64,000 nucleotides of DNA, from IMG/VR virus record IMGVR_UViG_3300027749_000095, positions 1 to 64,000 of that record, one strand, 5' to 3'. The notes beneath the pieces are model-generated. The model was not told the DNA's origin and did no database searches. It saw only the letters and a program-made list of their open reading frames with translations. How positions within the stretch are numbered: position 1 is the first letter of the stretch; each line of letters begins with the position of its first letter. This stretch comes from a virus. Made by a program: the position numbers and the translations under genes. Positions 49,301-56,380 of this stretch are shown in pieces.

Positions 49301-50642
49301 TATCAATTAGCGTAACATTAGTTTTTGCTTGGTGTCCAAAATTAAATAATTTTAGTCCGGCATCAAATTCAATGATAGGGCGGATTGCACGGGCGGATTG
49401 GTCAAGAGTGGGTACTTGTCCTAATGCTATCGATGCGGCCGTAATTACATCTTGATGGAACCATCTATTGTATCGGCTCCACTGATTTCTATCCGGACTA
49501 CCGCGAGCAACTAAGATATAATCTTTATTCTGTGGAAAGGAGGTTGCTGTACTAAATGGACTTTGGTCGAAAGCATCGTCGTCAAATAATAATGCTTTTT
49601 CTTGCGAGTAGCTGCTGATAATTTCTACGTCAGCTTCAGAAACCAATCGAATTGCAGTACCCACTCCTTCTACATACCAATAACCTGATGCATAATTTAT
49701 AGGATAAATGTTGCCTGTAAATTTTAACTTCATTCCGTTTGATAGCGGCATTCCACTGCTCATAGTATACGTCTTCTTACCTAATACGTCAGCATCAATA
49801 TTCAAGTAAGTATTATCATCAATGTCTAATACATGGAATACTCCCCCAGTATCTACACTATTCTCACTAACATAATATAATACGTCGGGCGCATTGACTC
49901 CGACTGTGAATGTTATTGTTCCAGACTCTACTGCACTACCAGATACCCCGATTGTATATCTTTCAAGATTTCCAGAAACTCTAGTAGTTTTAATACTAAA
50001 GGGATTGCCCGGCGAATTAATAACAAACGTGTATGTTTGTCCTCTATATAATGTCAATGTAGGATTGCGAGTTAGTCCGTCAGGAGAGAATAGAAATGCA
50101 TAATTATCCGACTCGTCAACTGCGTCAACTGTATATGTACTTTCTATGGCTAGCTGTTGTCCGGCAACTTCAATGGGCAGTGGACCGTAAGGTAACCAGT
50201 AGTATTGTTGATAATTGACAAACTTATCCCAATTCATATGCGGATTCCACGAGTATGATTCTTGGCTGTTTAGCCGCTCGTGGTTTGACACATTGCCACC
50301 AAATACGTCAACATGATTTATATGATCAATGTAATCTTTATAAAAATTAGTATTTCCAAGATAATCTTGAATAACTGCAACTGGTTCTAGTTGATAATTT
50401 TGACGAGCAGTGTCAGTGGCTGTTACAAAAATATCAGCAGATGTTACTGCTTTTGCATTTTGACGTCCAATATATCCATTAACTTTTTTAACAGTACCCG
50501 GTTGAGTAAGCTGATCTAATGTTGCCTGTAAAAACTTTTTGTTACTATCTGTTCTAAAAATTCGTGGCAGTAAACTAGCAGAATCTCTGTTATCTTTACC
50601 CGATAATGGAAGACCTGATTCGTTTTGATCGTTATTTGCCAT
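37359..50642 (-). CDS. giant (4427 aa) baseplate wedge protein, gp7-like multidomain
   Basis: Follows gp6. N-terminal LLP.IF.T..NKKFL. FG-GAP-like propeller repeats, I.I.NPG.GY...P.I.I repeats and beta-sandwich repeats. Confidence 0.75.
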   Translation of the reverse strand: MANNDQNESGLPLSGKDNRDSASLLPRIFRTDSNKKFLQATLDQLTQPGTVKKVNGYIGRQNAKAVTSADIFVTATDTARQNYQLEPVAVIQDYLGNTNFYKDYIDHINHVDVFGGNVSNHERLNSQESYSWNPHMNWDKFVNYQQYYWLPYGPLPIEVAGQQLAIESTYTVDAVDESDNYAFLFSPDGLTRNPTLTLYRGQTYTFVINSPGNPFSIKTTRVSGNLERYTIGVSGSAVESGTITFTVGVNAPDVLYYVSENSVDTGGVFHVLDIDDNTYLNIDADVLGKKTYTMSSGMPLSNGMKLKFTGNIYPINYASGYWYVEGVGTAIRLVSEADVEIISSYSQEKALLFDDDAFDQSPFSTATSFPQNKDYILVARGSPDRNQWSRYNRWFHQDVITAASIALGQVPTLDQSARAIRPIIEFDAGLKLFNFGHQAKTNVTLIDTFTTDAFSSIEGKLGYNIDGVDLASGMRVLFAADTDSLVKDRIFDINFVNVTVPGRQIGFYALLGIDPITDIITIEINTLTGEIGHGLTTGNQVLYLNNGNTSISGLTNRKAYYVSVVNSTQIKLYVDKNLTVTADIFATGSDVHKLEVFAGARRQINLVEAADSIPLENETVLVEQGLVNQGLMYWYTGTAWKLGQKKTLVNQSPLFDVFDSDGTSYGNALVYDGTTFTGNKIFSYKLGTGTNDSELGFPLAYQNINNIGDIAFEFTLLSDSFNYKSVVDIITKKTDVGFLKSVTSLTVFDYVNGWKTTEITHLQPIIRIFKESGLVNNFPIDVYSNVDDLDDLEVRVYINGKRLARSAYTIATGNIRKYVLLTTAVATTDVITLKCLAAQQKNDNGYYEIPVNLQNNPLNDNLSEFTLGQVIDHVDSIIDNITTFVGTYPGTGNLRDIGNITPSGTRFIQHSGPVNLSLYHLGSSTANVFKALEQARDDYSKFKRAFIVTASSLGIDTDPQRHVDFVLAELAKDKSTSRPYYLSDMYGYSASTLLEYTVLDARTKVYPLTTAFNLTVLSNKSVNIYLNEVQLIEGIDYVFGTDVFFEILTDLVDGDTIVAVEYESTDGSFCPATPTKLGLYPKFVPSKFIDTTYAEPTEVIQGHDGSITIAFGDYRDDLILELEKRIFNNIKVQYDSTIFNIYDHIPGYDRVTTYSKEEFEDILGTFFYQWTTNVGTDYAKQNAEWWDRLNPFTFNYRGNYTPDGVSVPAFWRGIYRWVLDTDRPHTHPWECLGFSIQPKWWKEVYGPIPYTSDNLIMWDDIRQGIVKEPGRPIRRLEKFAKSILAKGVPVDNAGNLQNPVDANFVNGTIKPTAEGYYTFGDVGPVESAWRRSGHYPFAVIQAALLLQPNKVLGTCLDRSRIVRNLSGQFVYADTGLRIRLADIVLPSTTLSSTRVLTSGLINYIIDFMTNDTSVLINQYQTDLDSLTNNLGVKLGGFTAKSKFKLLLDSKSPTSTGGVFVPEENYTVFLNTSSAVKKVVYSAVVITKHPDGFEITGYYNEQPYFNYHPWMDSGRTINVGGISDSYIIWSAGKQYASGIIVNYNNQFYRVNITHTATDTFDSTLFSKLARLPVSGGRDANIRKAWDITTKLTLGYGTKLSTVQDVVDFLQGYGAYLTDQGFVFNDFNTELKSITNWETAVKEFMFWTTQNWGAGAVLSLSPSANRLSIVTTNSVVNDLLDPFFGYKIFRVDGQKLEPEFTNTYRNSEANEFSITPSNTTHGIYGAVFFMIQKEHALILDNTTLFNDVIYDLEPGYRQERIKVIGYVSQNWKGGFNIPGFIFDQAKINDWTPWVDYKLGDIVKYKEFYYSALSTLPGAQQFAAADWAILAEKPTSKMVANWDYRTEQFTDFYDLDTDNFDAEQQKFAQHLIGYQKRQYLENIIKDDVSQYKFYQGMIIEKGTQNVLNKLFDVLSADGMESLTFNEEWAVRVGDYGAVTAFAETEFMLDESKFKVNPQPVELVSAIDPTVIDFVYRQRPSDVYIKPLDYNNNIWTVTGTKQYLRTPGFVRYDDVKLSVDELSDAVQYDISTFIEGDYVWCAFENKLNSFNEKWNVYRFTNSVFNVEDVTYAAGVLSITCDRIPNITPGDILGIENNELVKGFHSVYSVELRTINIKVTVAGWEAPVDSTQISLYQFLPCLFDNIENANDNLPTVIKPGELLWAKDSGNGNWGVYENTKVYGVSKIDLATVPDITGLNFGKKVTLSQSGITAIVTDADQVIIFEKYYSTSTTYNWIQNQSIVIDTSIADIAAQEFGSESALSADGKWLAIAAPYASNVDSSGLDNQGYVSLYYNTPGTGYVFVEYIISQTPDDDELFGSKLAFAKNGNTYILAISALDKVYFYQVTTGTWANYVTALPIIDVYNIAISATGNMFVAAAPIANDSAGDVYVYQIGETGYDLFDTLSGAIGNRFGESIAISQSADYIAIGSSLVDVTEVDQGAVYIYTLDPTQYTLYQSIVSPAKERGEQFGAAVYFTNNDTTLVVLAKRGDLNRIGTVDVYTRLLEGAEAVHGSRYINDPASPLRNSPTTFDNNTLRIVNKQVDTGRIDVYDMYGSKFLYGESLDADIVAVNGNGYGASIAAGKDTILVGAPRDNLLVGAVYSYSKAATSTSWELYYQEQPRPNISNVKKAYLYNRVTNSIVTYLDVVDPIQGKIPGPADQEIRYKTYFDPATYSIGSASVNVDSGLNWTKNQIGMLWWDLTRAKFLDNQGGEVVYRSTTWNKLYKTASIDIYEWVETKYLPSEWDKLADTVKGLVTGISGTSRYGDASYSVKNKYDTVGQKLIPTYYFWVKNKTVTPNVAGRTLSADNVSKLIADPIGYGYTCVAPTGVNSFSLVNVNKTVQGTDVVLNFQTWLIDNHEINLHSQWKIISEHGNTTIPKNIENKWIDSLIGKDSNDRVVPDTNLPVKNRYGTEFRPRQGMFINRVEALKQYIEHVNYVLLENLIVDEFDLSDLLLSDPLPSTVSGLWDTTIDFETELKFIGTATLVQARLTAVTENGIITDVLIDNPGYGYNNPPLIKISSSGVGAILTAVLDAVGRIVSVKIQNQGRGYFDDTILSIRPYSVLVLSDTNSFNKWSIYAWNSKDKVWDRSRSQSYDVTKFWNYTDWYATGYTQFTKIDHLVDNTYYLVTLSANIGNIVKVKNIGTGGWLLLEKYNDLTTIDYTQNYKVVGRQNGTIQLSSSIYTFVNSSIGFDNQLFDASLYDNFAAAELRIIITAIKDKIFVDDLRVEYLKLFFSSLRYVLHEQIFIDWAFKTSFVKATHNVGELKEKVTYNNDNLSNFEDYINEVKPYRTKIREYVSLYNKTDYARQSTTDFDLIPLVTNKLTITPMSVTVSNDGSINATSSDILAYPWKHWYDHVGFTIQSIEIFDGGSGYINQPVVRIDGGFGTGAMAKAYISNGKVNRINIVSGGTGYLKAPIITIDGGLSEGGTPATVVAIIESEVVRSNKITIKFDRITRAYYISEKTETETFTGTGSRVQFALKWSPRIEIGSASIKLYPVGIDPDAPGVTGIDILRGEYALTTKKSTSRGYTSYSGLLKLDTAPNVGETIRITYEKNFEHMSAADRINFFYEPSSGMLGKDLAQLMRGIDYDGVQLQGMGFGATGGWDALPWFSDSWDGFDSAFDDRIFTAGAGVYTYDLQYAPAVAEIVNIYVNGNRIDDPDFITYPMAGKPNVVMLPIEGNGSTEIFTIPNTYLTIAAGDKVVFRRSTSDGSVLPQPNEYDTQLQGGAFNGSVLTTATGYAPADINIDGDDFVTATTSHAPEEIVPGHVTDALAIKVFHRPASGAPNILFKNYVGNGINTTFVVGQNFATERAVIVKVGNIVIEQTAYTIDWPSNSVIFDLAPIDNSIVSIISVGFNSDNILDLDYFIADGTTTEYVTRAPWIDSGLSSTVLVNGLVISYELFRTDSTYSSPNRTGIRFGAPVTLNALINYMIDTSTTIQTASVVKSQTITTDGSTTIYDLDNLSPNLLPGSGLQPYETNVIVRKGQEILRPPTVIYFTMADNVLSYAIPSHKFATYTINATDIRVYSASNKLEQGMGYVVDLFGITINISQASYVAGDKLAVVVDLSSDYTITDAGTIEFTDIYPVSTELEIVTFYNHMLLDIDRTTDIFVPSATLTPGTTDYYEFTNKLGGYFTLRRPAVSDDFVWIIKNGTLLTHSVDYVVENDRITVKLKDSLEDTDVVQVMLFTDNVIRTTFGFMQFKDMLNRVHYKRLRADKASILAVELIQSDIEITVVDGSIFSVPNPVLNLPGIIEINGERIEYFTKVGNVLGQLRRGTLGTGTPTVHIVGEVVQDIGPTETIPYTDQIIVDTVVSDGVTTEVGNLTYIPENTNEVDVFVGGYKLKKVAYSLFEELNDQPYSLEGDSTFPAEFSIGGIDNSVTLTTAAADNTKVVIVKKIGKEWGDAGKSLANSDNKIANFLKENTTVWPR

Positions 50643-53600
50643 TAATAACTCCCACTAGTAATAGACTGTGTACTCAATGTAGATGTTGTCATAGTTATTG
50701 TTCCGCTGCTATTAATTTTACTAGCAGTCACTGCTGATATAATTTCAATATTGTCTATAGTTGCACCGTTAATAAAAATTTGATCTTTTTCAGATCGTAT
50801 TTCATATAAGCTACCAAATGTTAGTGTAGTATCTTTAGGTACTATTAAGAAGTTTACAATATTAGGAGTTAGGCGATTCATTACATACGACGACAATTCA
50901 CTAAAGTAAAAACTATCTCCAAAGTCCCAATTTTCAAGAGCAAAGAATTCATTAATTGCTGCCAATACTCTTGACTTGATATCGTTATCACTGATAACAA
51001 CTTCTGAATTTTTTACAATTTTAAAAGTTGCTTGTACATCCAATGAAGCTTTCTCACCGAATAATACTTTGTATTTTACTGGATGATAAATTAATTCATC
51101 ACTAATAGATTTAATTTTATTAAGATCTGTGGATAGTAATGTATACAAATAATCAGTACTCGGTGCTAGGGGTTCAGTTGTTCGTGATCCTGACAACCAC
51201 TGTCGGTATGTTTTATCGTATTGTTTAGTTAATACAAAAGTATCAATAATGTTTGTTAATCCAGGATCTATGCGAGATTCATAATCTGCATTATGAATAT
51301 ATTGAAACTTAATATCTCTTCGGCCATTGTATACCTTGTAATTTAATGATAATGTAAATGTAGATGTACTAGCATTAAGTCTTTTAACAACCATTGCATC
51401 TTTAAAGTAAAAATATTGGCCGTCTGTATAACTTGATGTTAGTGTTGGCTGAGTGCCTAAAATAATAATTGTATTGCCACTGTTGTCAAAAAGTTTGTAA
51501 TCTTCTTGGCCTTGCGCAATTACATACCTTTCAAGTATTACATATTTTTTATTATCTGTAACTGGGTTAAGCGGGTCTTCTTGATCTATAATTTCTTCAA
51601 ACAATTCTGGATTATCAACTACACTGTCATCGTCGGTATCGCTAAAAGTAACTTGAATTTTCTTTGTATCAACATATCCATCTAACCCAGTATACTCTTC
51701 GGTAATTTCCCAATCACGATCATAAGTGAATGAATTAATAAAACCTGGAGGTGCTGTATTAATTCCCAGTACTTTGATTTTGTCTTTTACAATAGTGTTT
51801 GTTCTAGTATCATAAATTTTATCACTTGCGTCAAAGAAGAATCGAATCTGCTTATCGCTTTCAAAGATATATCGTAGTTGTCGAGAAGCAACTGTGTAAA
51901 ATTCAGTATCAGTAGTAAACAATATTAACCAGCTTGAATCTAGTTGCTGGTTGGAATTATCTCCTTGCTTACCAAGGTTAAAATTATCTAGAGAATTTAA
52001 ATTTACTTCAAATATAATCTTCCAAGTAGCAGTTTCTATATCGTATCGTAATCCAAACGGCTTATTAGAAAATACTAAATCTACCATGGTAGAGATTACA
52101 GTTGTACTAATTGTAGCTTTCCATGCAGGAATAATTTCAGACAATACTGCACCTTCAGGAACAATATCATTTAATATAATTGTGCCAGATCCGTCATCTA
52201 GGGCGCCTTTGCCGCCGTTGGTTCCGTCGCCCAATACTGATATTACTTTTACCCATAACGTAGTAGTCGAGTTGGCAACCGATGCTGAGCCAAAAGTTTT
52301 TGCATTGTCGTTGGTTCTATCAAAATAGTATCCGGCAGGTGCTGTGAATTTTAATAACGCACCTGCGGCAACAAATCGTAAATTAGTGCTGGTATATGTT
52401 CCAAGTTTATATGGTAATTCAAATTCTCCAATGTACCCTGTTGACTGATTTGTGTCTGTTGTCTTACTATACCAATTAACACTTAATGAGTCGGTGGCAA
52501 TTCTAAAAAACTTAGAGTAATAAAAATCTCGCAATTGATTTGTTTTTAAAGTTTCGTTCAGTTGATTATAAATCATTGCTTCAATATCGGTACGACTAGT
52601 ATAGTTAAATCTAAAACTAGATGTAAATTCTTCTTTATAAAGTGCGCCGTCGTCGCCAAACAAATTTGTCTTACTGTACTTTCCAGTGGGATCAATTAAA
52701 TCAAAGTATCGGCTAATGCCGCTGGCACTTCTGTTAACTGCTTTAACTTTAACAACTTCTTGATTAACCCCTAACGGACTTACATTATAATCTTCAGCAG
52801 TAATCATCCTATTTTGTGTGTAATAGGTTGCTGGTGCATTATTTTTAATACTAGTATTTGTTTCAGCTTCTGCAGAATTACTTACGGATGATTGCAAACT
52901 TAGAGTTAGTGTTAGTGTTTCTGCTTGCCCTACATTAGACACGTAAGGAACCGATATTAATACGTTTTTTACATCGCGAGGATTAATTGTATAGCTAATG
53001 CTGTTACTTGCGCGATAGTAAACTCTAAATGTACCTCTTGGTAGATTGCCAAAAGTTCCATCACTGAATATTAGACTAATACGATCATTTGATCTAGTAA
53101 TAACATTATAAATATTTTTAATAGACTTGGTTAGACTATTATAGATAATGTTATTACCTTCAAGATTAGGAACTTTGGCCCAATATTCTGATTCAAGACT
53201 ATTTTGATCTAAACGATATAGCCACACATCAGTGTTATTAACATTGACCGCATCAAGGTCAACTGTTTCATTTGTTGCTGGCTGATCAATAGTAAATGTG
53301 CCTTGATTTAATAATCCTTGTCTGAAATGAAGGAAAAATCCGCTGCTAGTACTGCCGGCGCCTCTTCCGTCATTTCTATAAACAAACGCTAATCTATTGC
53401 CAATGGCAGGTGGTTCTTCGTATATTTCTTCTGCGCCTTTAAACGTAGTAGATACTACTTCAAAGGTCATATTTCTTCCGTCAATTGCTTTGGCAAAACT
53501 GTACACAGGTACATTAATGTTAGACCCTTGGAAGCGATATTGCTCTGTGGAAATGCCGTATATGTCTGCCTTATCGTCGGCATTTCCAAACTGTCGACTT

Positions 53601-54097
53601 GCGGGAAGTGCTGCATTTATAACTTTAATAAACTGATCATACCAGTTAGCGTTAGCTGGATCGTTCCATCCAATTACTTGATTTGTTAAATTTCTGCCGT
53701 TAGAATCAATCACAGTTTGCGTGGTTTGTACTGCTGTAAATTTTAATAGACCAGCTCCTGCAATATTACGTTTTGGGTTATAACTGAGTAATCTTGCTAG
53801 GCGCAATACGCTGTCACGACGTTCTGCTAGTTCTAAAAAGTTCTCGCGAGCATTTAAATCTGTGCGGAAACTGATGCTTTGGCCAAGGAATGCAATTAGG
53901 TCAATTAGGGCCAAATACTCTGAGCTTTCAATGTAATCGTTAAAATCTTCCGGGTAGTTTTCACGGATATAATTAATCATTACTCTTCGAAGATTTTCAA
54001 AGTCGTAGCTTTGGAAATCTGCACTACGAAACGTCTGGTATATACGTTTCCAATCTTCTGCTACCAGTAATCTATTTTGTCGATCAGTTGCTGACAT
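50642..54097 (-). CDS. 6: baseplate wedge subunit (T4 gp6-like)
   Basis: DFENLR...DFNDY.ESS...L....A..G...A...ENFL..A..R.SV..LA..L.Y.PKR, FSDG.FG and QNRMITAEDY. Confidence 0.88.
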   Translation of the reverse strand: MSATDRQNRLLVAEDWKRIYQTFRSADFQSYDFENLRRVMINYIRENYPEDFNDYIESSEYLALIDLIAFLGQSISFRTDLNARENFLELAERRDSVLRLARLLSYNPKRNIAGAGLLKFTAVQTTQTVIDSNGRNLTNQVIGWNDPANANWYDQFIKVINAALPASRQFGNADDKADIYGISTEQYRFQGSNINVPVYSFAKAIDGRNMTFEVVSTTFKGAEEIYEEPPAIGNRLAFVYRNDGRGAGSTSSGFFLHFRQGLLNQGTFTIDQPATNETVDLDAVNVNNTDVWLYRLDQNSLESEYWAKVPNLEGNNIIYNSLTKSIKNIYNVITRSNDRISLIFSDGTFGNLPRGTFRVYYRASNSISYTINPRDVKNVLISVPYVSNVGQAETLTLTLSLQSSVSNSAEAETNTSIKNNAPATYYTQNRMITAEDYNVSPLGVNQEVVKVKAVNRSASGISRYFDLIDPTGKYSKTNLFGDDGALYKEEFTSSFRFNYTSRTDIEAMIYNQLNETLKTNQLRDFYYSKFFRIATDSLSVNWYSKTTDTNQSTGYIGEFELPYKLGTYTSTNLRFVAAGALLKFTAPAGYYFDRTNDNAKTFGSASVANSTTTLWVKVISVLGDGTNGGKGALDDGSGTIILNDIVPEGAVLSEIIPAWKATISTTVISTMVDLVFSNKPFGLRYDIETATWKIIFEVNLNSLDNFNLGKQGDNSNQQLDSSWLILFTTDTEFYTVASRQLRYIFESDKQIRFFFDASDKIYDTRTNTIVKDKIKVLGINTAPPGFINSFTYDRDWEITEEYTGLDGYVDTKKIQVTFSDTDDDSVVDNPELFEEIIDQEDPLNPVTDNKKYVILERYVIAQGQEDYKLFDNSGNTIIILGTQPTLTSSYTDGQYFYFKDAMVVKRLNASTSTFTLSLNYKVYNGRRDIKFQYIHNADYESRIDPGLTNIIDTFVLTKQYDKTYRQWLSGSRTTEPLAPSTDYLYTLLSTDLNKIKSISDELIYHPVKYKVLFGEKASLDVQATFKIVKNSEVVISDNDIKSRVLAAINEFFALENWDFGDSFYFSELSSYVMNRLTPNIVNFLIVPKDTTLTFGSLYEIRSEKDQIFINGATIDNIEIISAVTASKINSSGTITMTTSTLSTQSITSGSY

Positions 54098-54118
54098 ACG
54101 CCCTTCCCAATTATTGAG

Positions 54119-54125
54119 TATTTAG
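54119..54125 (-). promoter_or_regulatory. late promoter (CTAAATA)
   Basis: CTAAATA about 22 nt upstream of the gp6 ATG. Confidence 0.6.
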
Positions 54126-54146
54126 CGTAGTTTATTATGTGTGTGG

Positions 54147-54590
54147 TTAATTCATAAGTCCATTAGCTTGGTCAAATTTCAGCTGTAAGGACTCTTGTAT
54201 GTAGTATGGAAGATAGGTTAATCTGCATTCAATCTGAAGACCACTTTCATACTGTGTAACAATAACTTGATCGGCTTGGACTCGAGGGTCATAGTTAATA
54301 ATGTCTTCAACATTTTTAGCAACTAACTGTTTGAGATCTTCAGTCAATGGTTCAAATATCACATCCCATATTACTGTACCAAATGTTGGATCATTCAATC
54401 TCTCACCCTGACGTATATGAAAGTGGTTGAGAATATCCTGCTTAATCAGCGCAAGATCGTATAATGCAAAGCTAGTTGCATCAGGTGATATCGTGCTAAA
54501 TCCTTTGTACGTTTTTGTACCAGGTACATTTTGTTGAGTTTTATTGCCCGTTAAGACAATTTTATCATATAGTTTAGGATTAGCTGACAT
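54147..54590 (-). CDS. 25: baseplate wedge subunit (gp25/GPW-like)
   Basis: IKQDILN....RQGERL..P.FG..IWD..FEP and I..YDPRV. Confidence 0.9.
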   Translation of the reverse strand: MSANPKLYDKIVLTGNKTQQNVPGTKTYKGFSTISPDATSFALYDLALIKQDILNHFHIRQGERLNDPTFGTVIWDVIFEPLTEDLKQLVAKNVEDIINYDPRVQADQVIVTQYESGLQIECRLTYLPYYIQESLQLKFDQANGLMN

Positions 54591-54595
54591 AATAG

Positions 54596-54602
54596 TATTT
54601 AA
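54596..54602 (-). promoter_or_regulatory. late promoter (TTAAATA), probably leaderless gp25 mRNA
   Basis: TTAAATA only 5 nt upstream of ATG 54590, with no SD sequence. Confidence 0.5.
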
Positions 54603-54607
54603 GCTCG

Positions 54608-56377
54608 TTATTCTTCTTCTTCTTCGTCGGGACTAAATCTAACAAATGTATCTTCAATCGTAGAGTATTGCTTCCACGCATCTGCAGGACTAATCATTGT
54701 CTCTGAAAAATCTGACTGGTCCGATGTTTGCTCTGCATCAGTATCTTCATATCTATCATCTAGGTCTCTGTCAGTTTCTTCTGGCTTAACTTTTAACGGA
54801 TCTAAGTTTTCATGGTACGGATACGGCTCAAATGTTGGTATGCGTCGCATAATGCTTGGAGGTATGACGTCTTCTACAAACTCACCGGATTCATCTGATA
54901 GATTATGTAATTTTAAACGTTGAGGCAATTCTGCTTCACTTGCGACACTTGCTTCAGAGGCTGTTGACGCAGTTGGGCCGTTAAAATTTATGTTGCCGCC
55001 AGATACGGTAGTATTGGCTGCTTTGATTTCCGTATTCCCGCCAGAAGTTTGAAAATTGTGCCCGCCAATATTAAAGTCAAAACTTCCGCCCACTTTGTGT
55101 TGATATGCACCGTCAAATACTTTATCTACATCTTCTAATACATGCTGTAAGTAGTTTTGATCGTATAGTTTGTTAACATCTTGTTTAACATGATGTGTAT
55201 AATTTTGTTCATAAGTTTTGTCAACATCTAACTTAACATGAATTTTTTGATTACCGTCAACAATTAAAATCTGGTCTTCAATTACATGGGTATGTTTTTC
55301 GCCACGAACTTTAGTATTAAAATTGCGACCACATTCAATATTGATATCACGATCTGCATAAAAATTTAAATCGTTTTTACTATGTACACTAACACTGTCC
55401 TGTGCAAATATATCTATCTTGCCGTCACTGGTCATTTCAATCCAAGTAGTGCCACGTGCATTACCAATGTAGATCAAATCTTCAGTGTTATGCATTAGGA
55501 TTTGATGCCCTGTGCGAGTTCTAAATCGCATTAACTCATTATGTAATAACGTGGGGTCTCCATCATCTTCTTGATTTTCTACTCTTGCATAGTCCGGAGG
55601 GCCTTCGCTTGCTGTTGTTTTGCGTAAAAATTTATCGTCACCGTCATCCATGACAAAACTACTGCCGCCAAGTCTTGATACAAATGCATTTTGATTTCTA
55701 TATTCGCGTTTACCAACAGCACCAGTTTTTGCGCCGTTTTGTTTATCAAGTGGACCCGGTGTCGAAATTCCAAAGACCATTGACGGCGTTTCTCTTCGAG
55801 CACTGCTTGAAGTAATTCCGCGAGTGTCGTCTTCTAATAATCCTTGATCGTCTAACACAACTTCTTGCGGTGTTGCTGGTTTAGTAATATTAGTTGAGTC
55901 AAGAGTTTCAGCGCCGATAACTTTATTATATTCTGCAACTGGTACTCGTTCTTTATCAGTGGTCCTGGAGTCTTCTACATTGAAAAATGTAGACGCATAG
56001 CCCGGTGTCATAAAATTCATTTTATCATCAAGCACACACCCCATCCAAAACCAGCCCTGTCCTTCAACATAGATAATCATTACAGTAGATCCTACATCCG
56101 GAGGAATCATCCACATACCGTAACTTTTTTGTGTGTTATCGTAAGTGTCTTCGGCATCACTAACATAATCAACGCTAGTAACTCCGTAGAATGGGCTTAG
56201 ATATCTTGCTTGTAGTAATTGCCCTTCTGCTGCATCGTCGTTACCAACTTCTCTATATACTTGGACTTCAAGAATGCCCATGTAATTTTTATCGTGGTGG
56301 CTTATAACTTTGGCCAAGAATGGTCCTGGGTCTGTTTTTCTTCCTTCGGATGCAAGTTCTCTTGTATCTTCTGCCAT
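54608..56377 (-). CDS. baseplate central spike (gp5/VgrG-like), no lysozyme domain
   Basis: OB-fold with SYGMWMIPPDVG, RTRTGHQILM, and His-rich 8/16-aa beta-helix repeats. Confidence 0.78.
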   Translation of the reverse strand: MAEDTRELASEGRKTDPGPFLAKVISHHDKNYMGILEVQVYREVGNDDAAEGQLLQARYLSPFYGVTSVDYVSDAEDTYDNTQKSYGMWMIPPDVGSTVMIIYVEGQGWFWMGCVLDDKMNFMTPGYASTFFNVEDSRTTDKERVPVAEYNKVIGAETLDSTNITKPATPQEVVLDDQGLLEDDTRGITSSSARRETPSMVFGISTPGPLDKQNGAKTGAVGKREYRNQNAFVSRLGGSSFVMDDGDDKFLRKTTASEGPPDYARVENQEDDGDPTLLHNELMRFRTRTGHQILMHNTEDLIYIGNARGTTWIEMTSDGKIDIFAQDSVSVHSKNDLNFYADRDINIECGRNFNTKVRGEKHTHVIEDQILIVDGNQKIHVKLDVDKTYEQNYTHHVKQDVNKLYDQNYLQHVLEDVDKVFDGAYQHKVGGSFDFNIGGHNFQTSGGNTEIKAANTTVSGGNINFNGPTASTASEASVASEAELPQRLKLHNLSDESGEFVEDVIPPSIMRRIPTFEPYPYHENLDPLKVKPEETDRDLDDRYEDTDAEQTSDQSDFSETMISPADAWKQYSTIEDTFVRFSPDEEEEE

Positions 56378-56380
56378 AGT

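Noticed and set aside
37359-50642. Tape measure protein or virion RNA polymerase
   Set aside because: Beta-rich composition, position directly after gp6, and no coiled-coil character or DxDGD motif.
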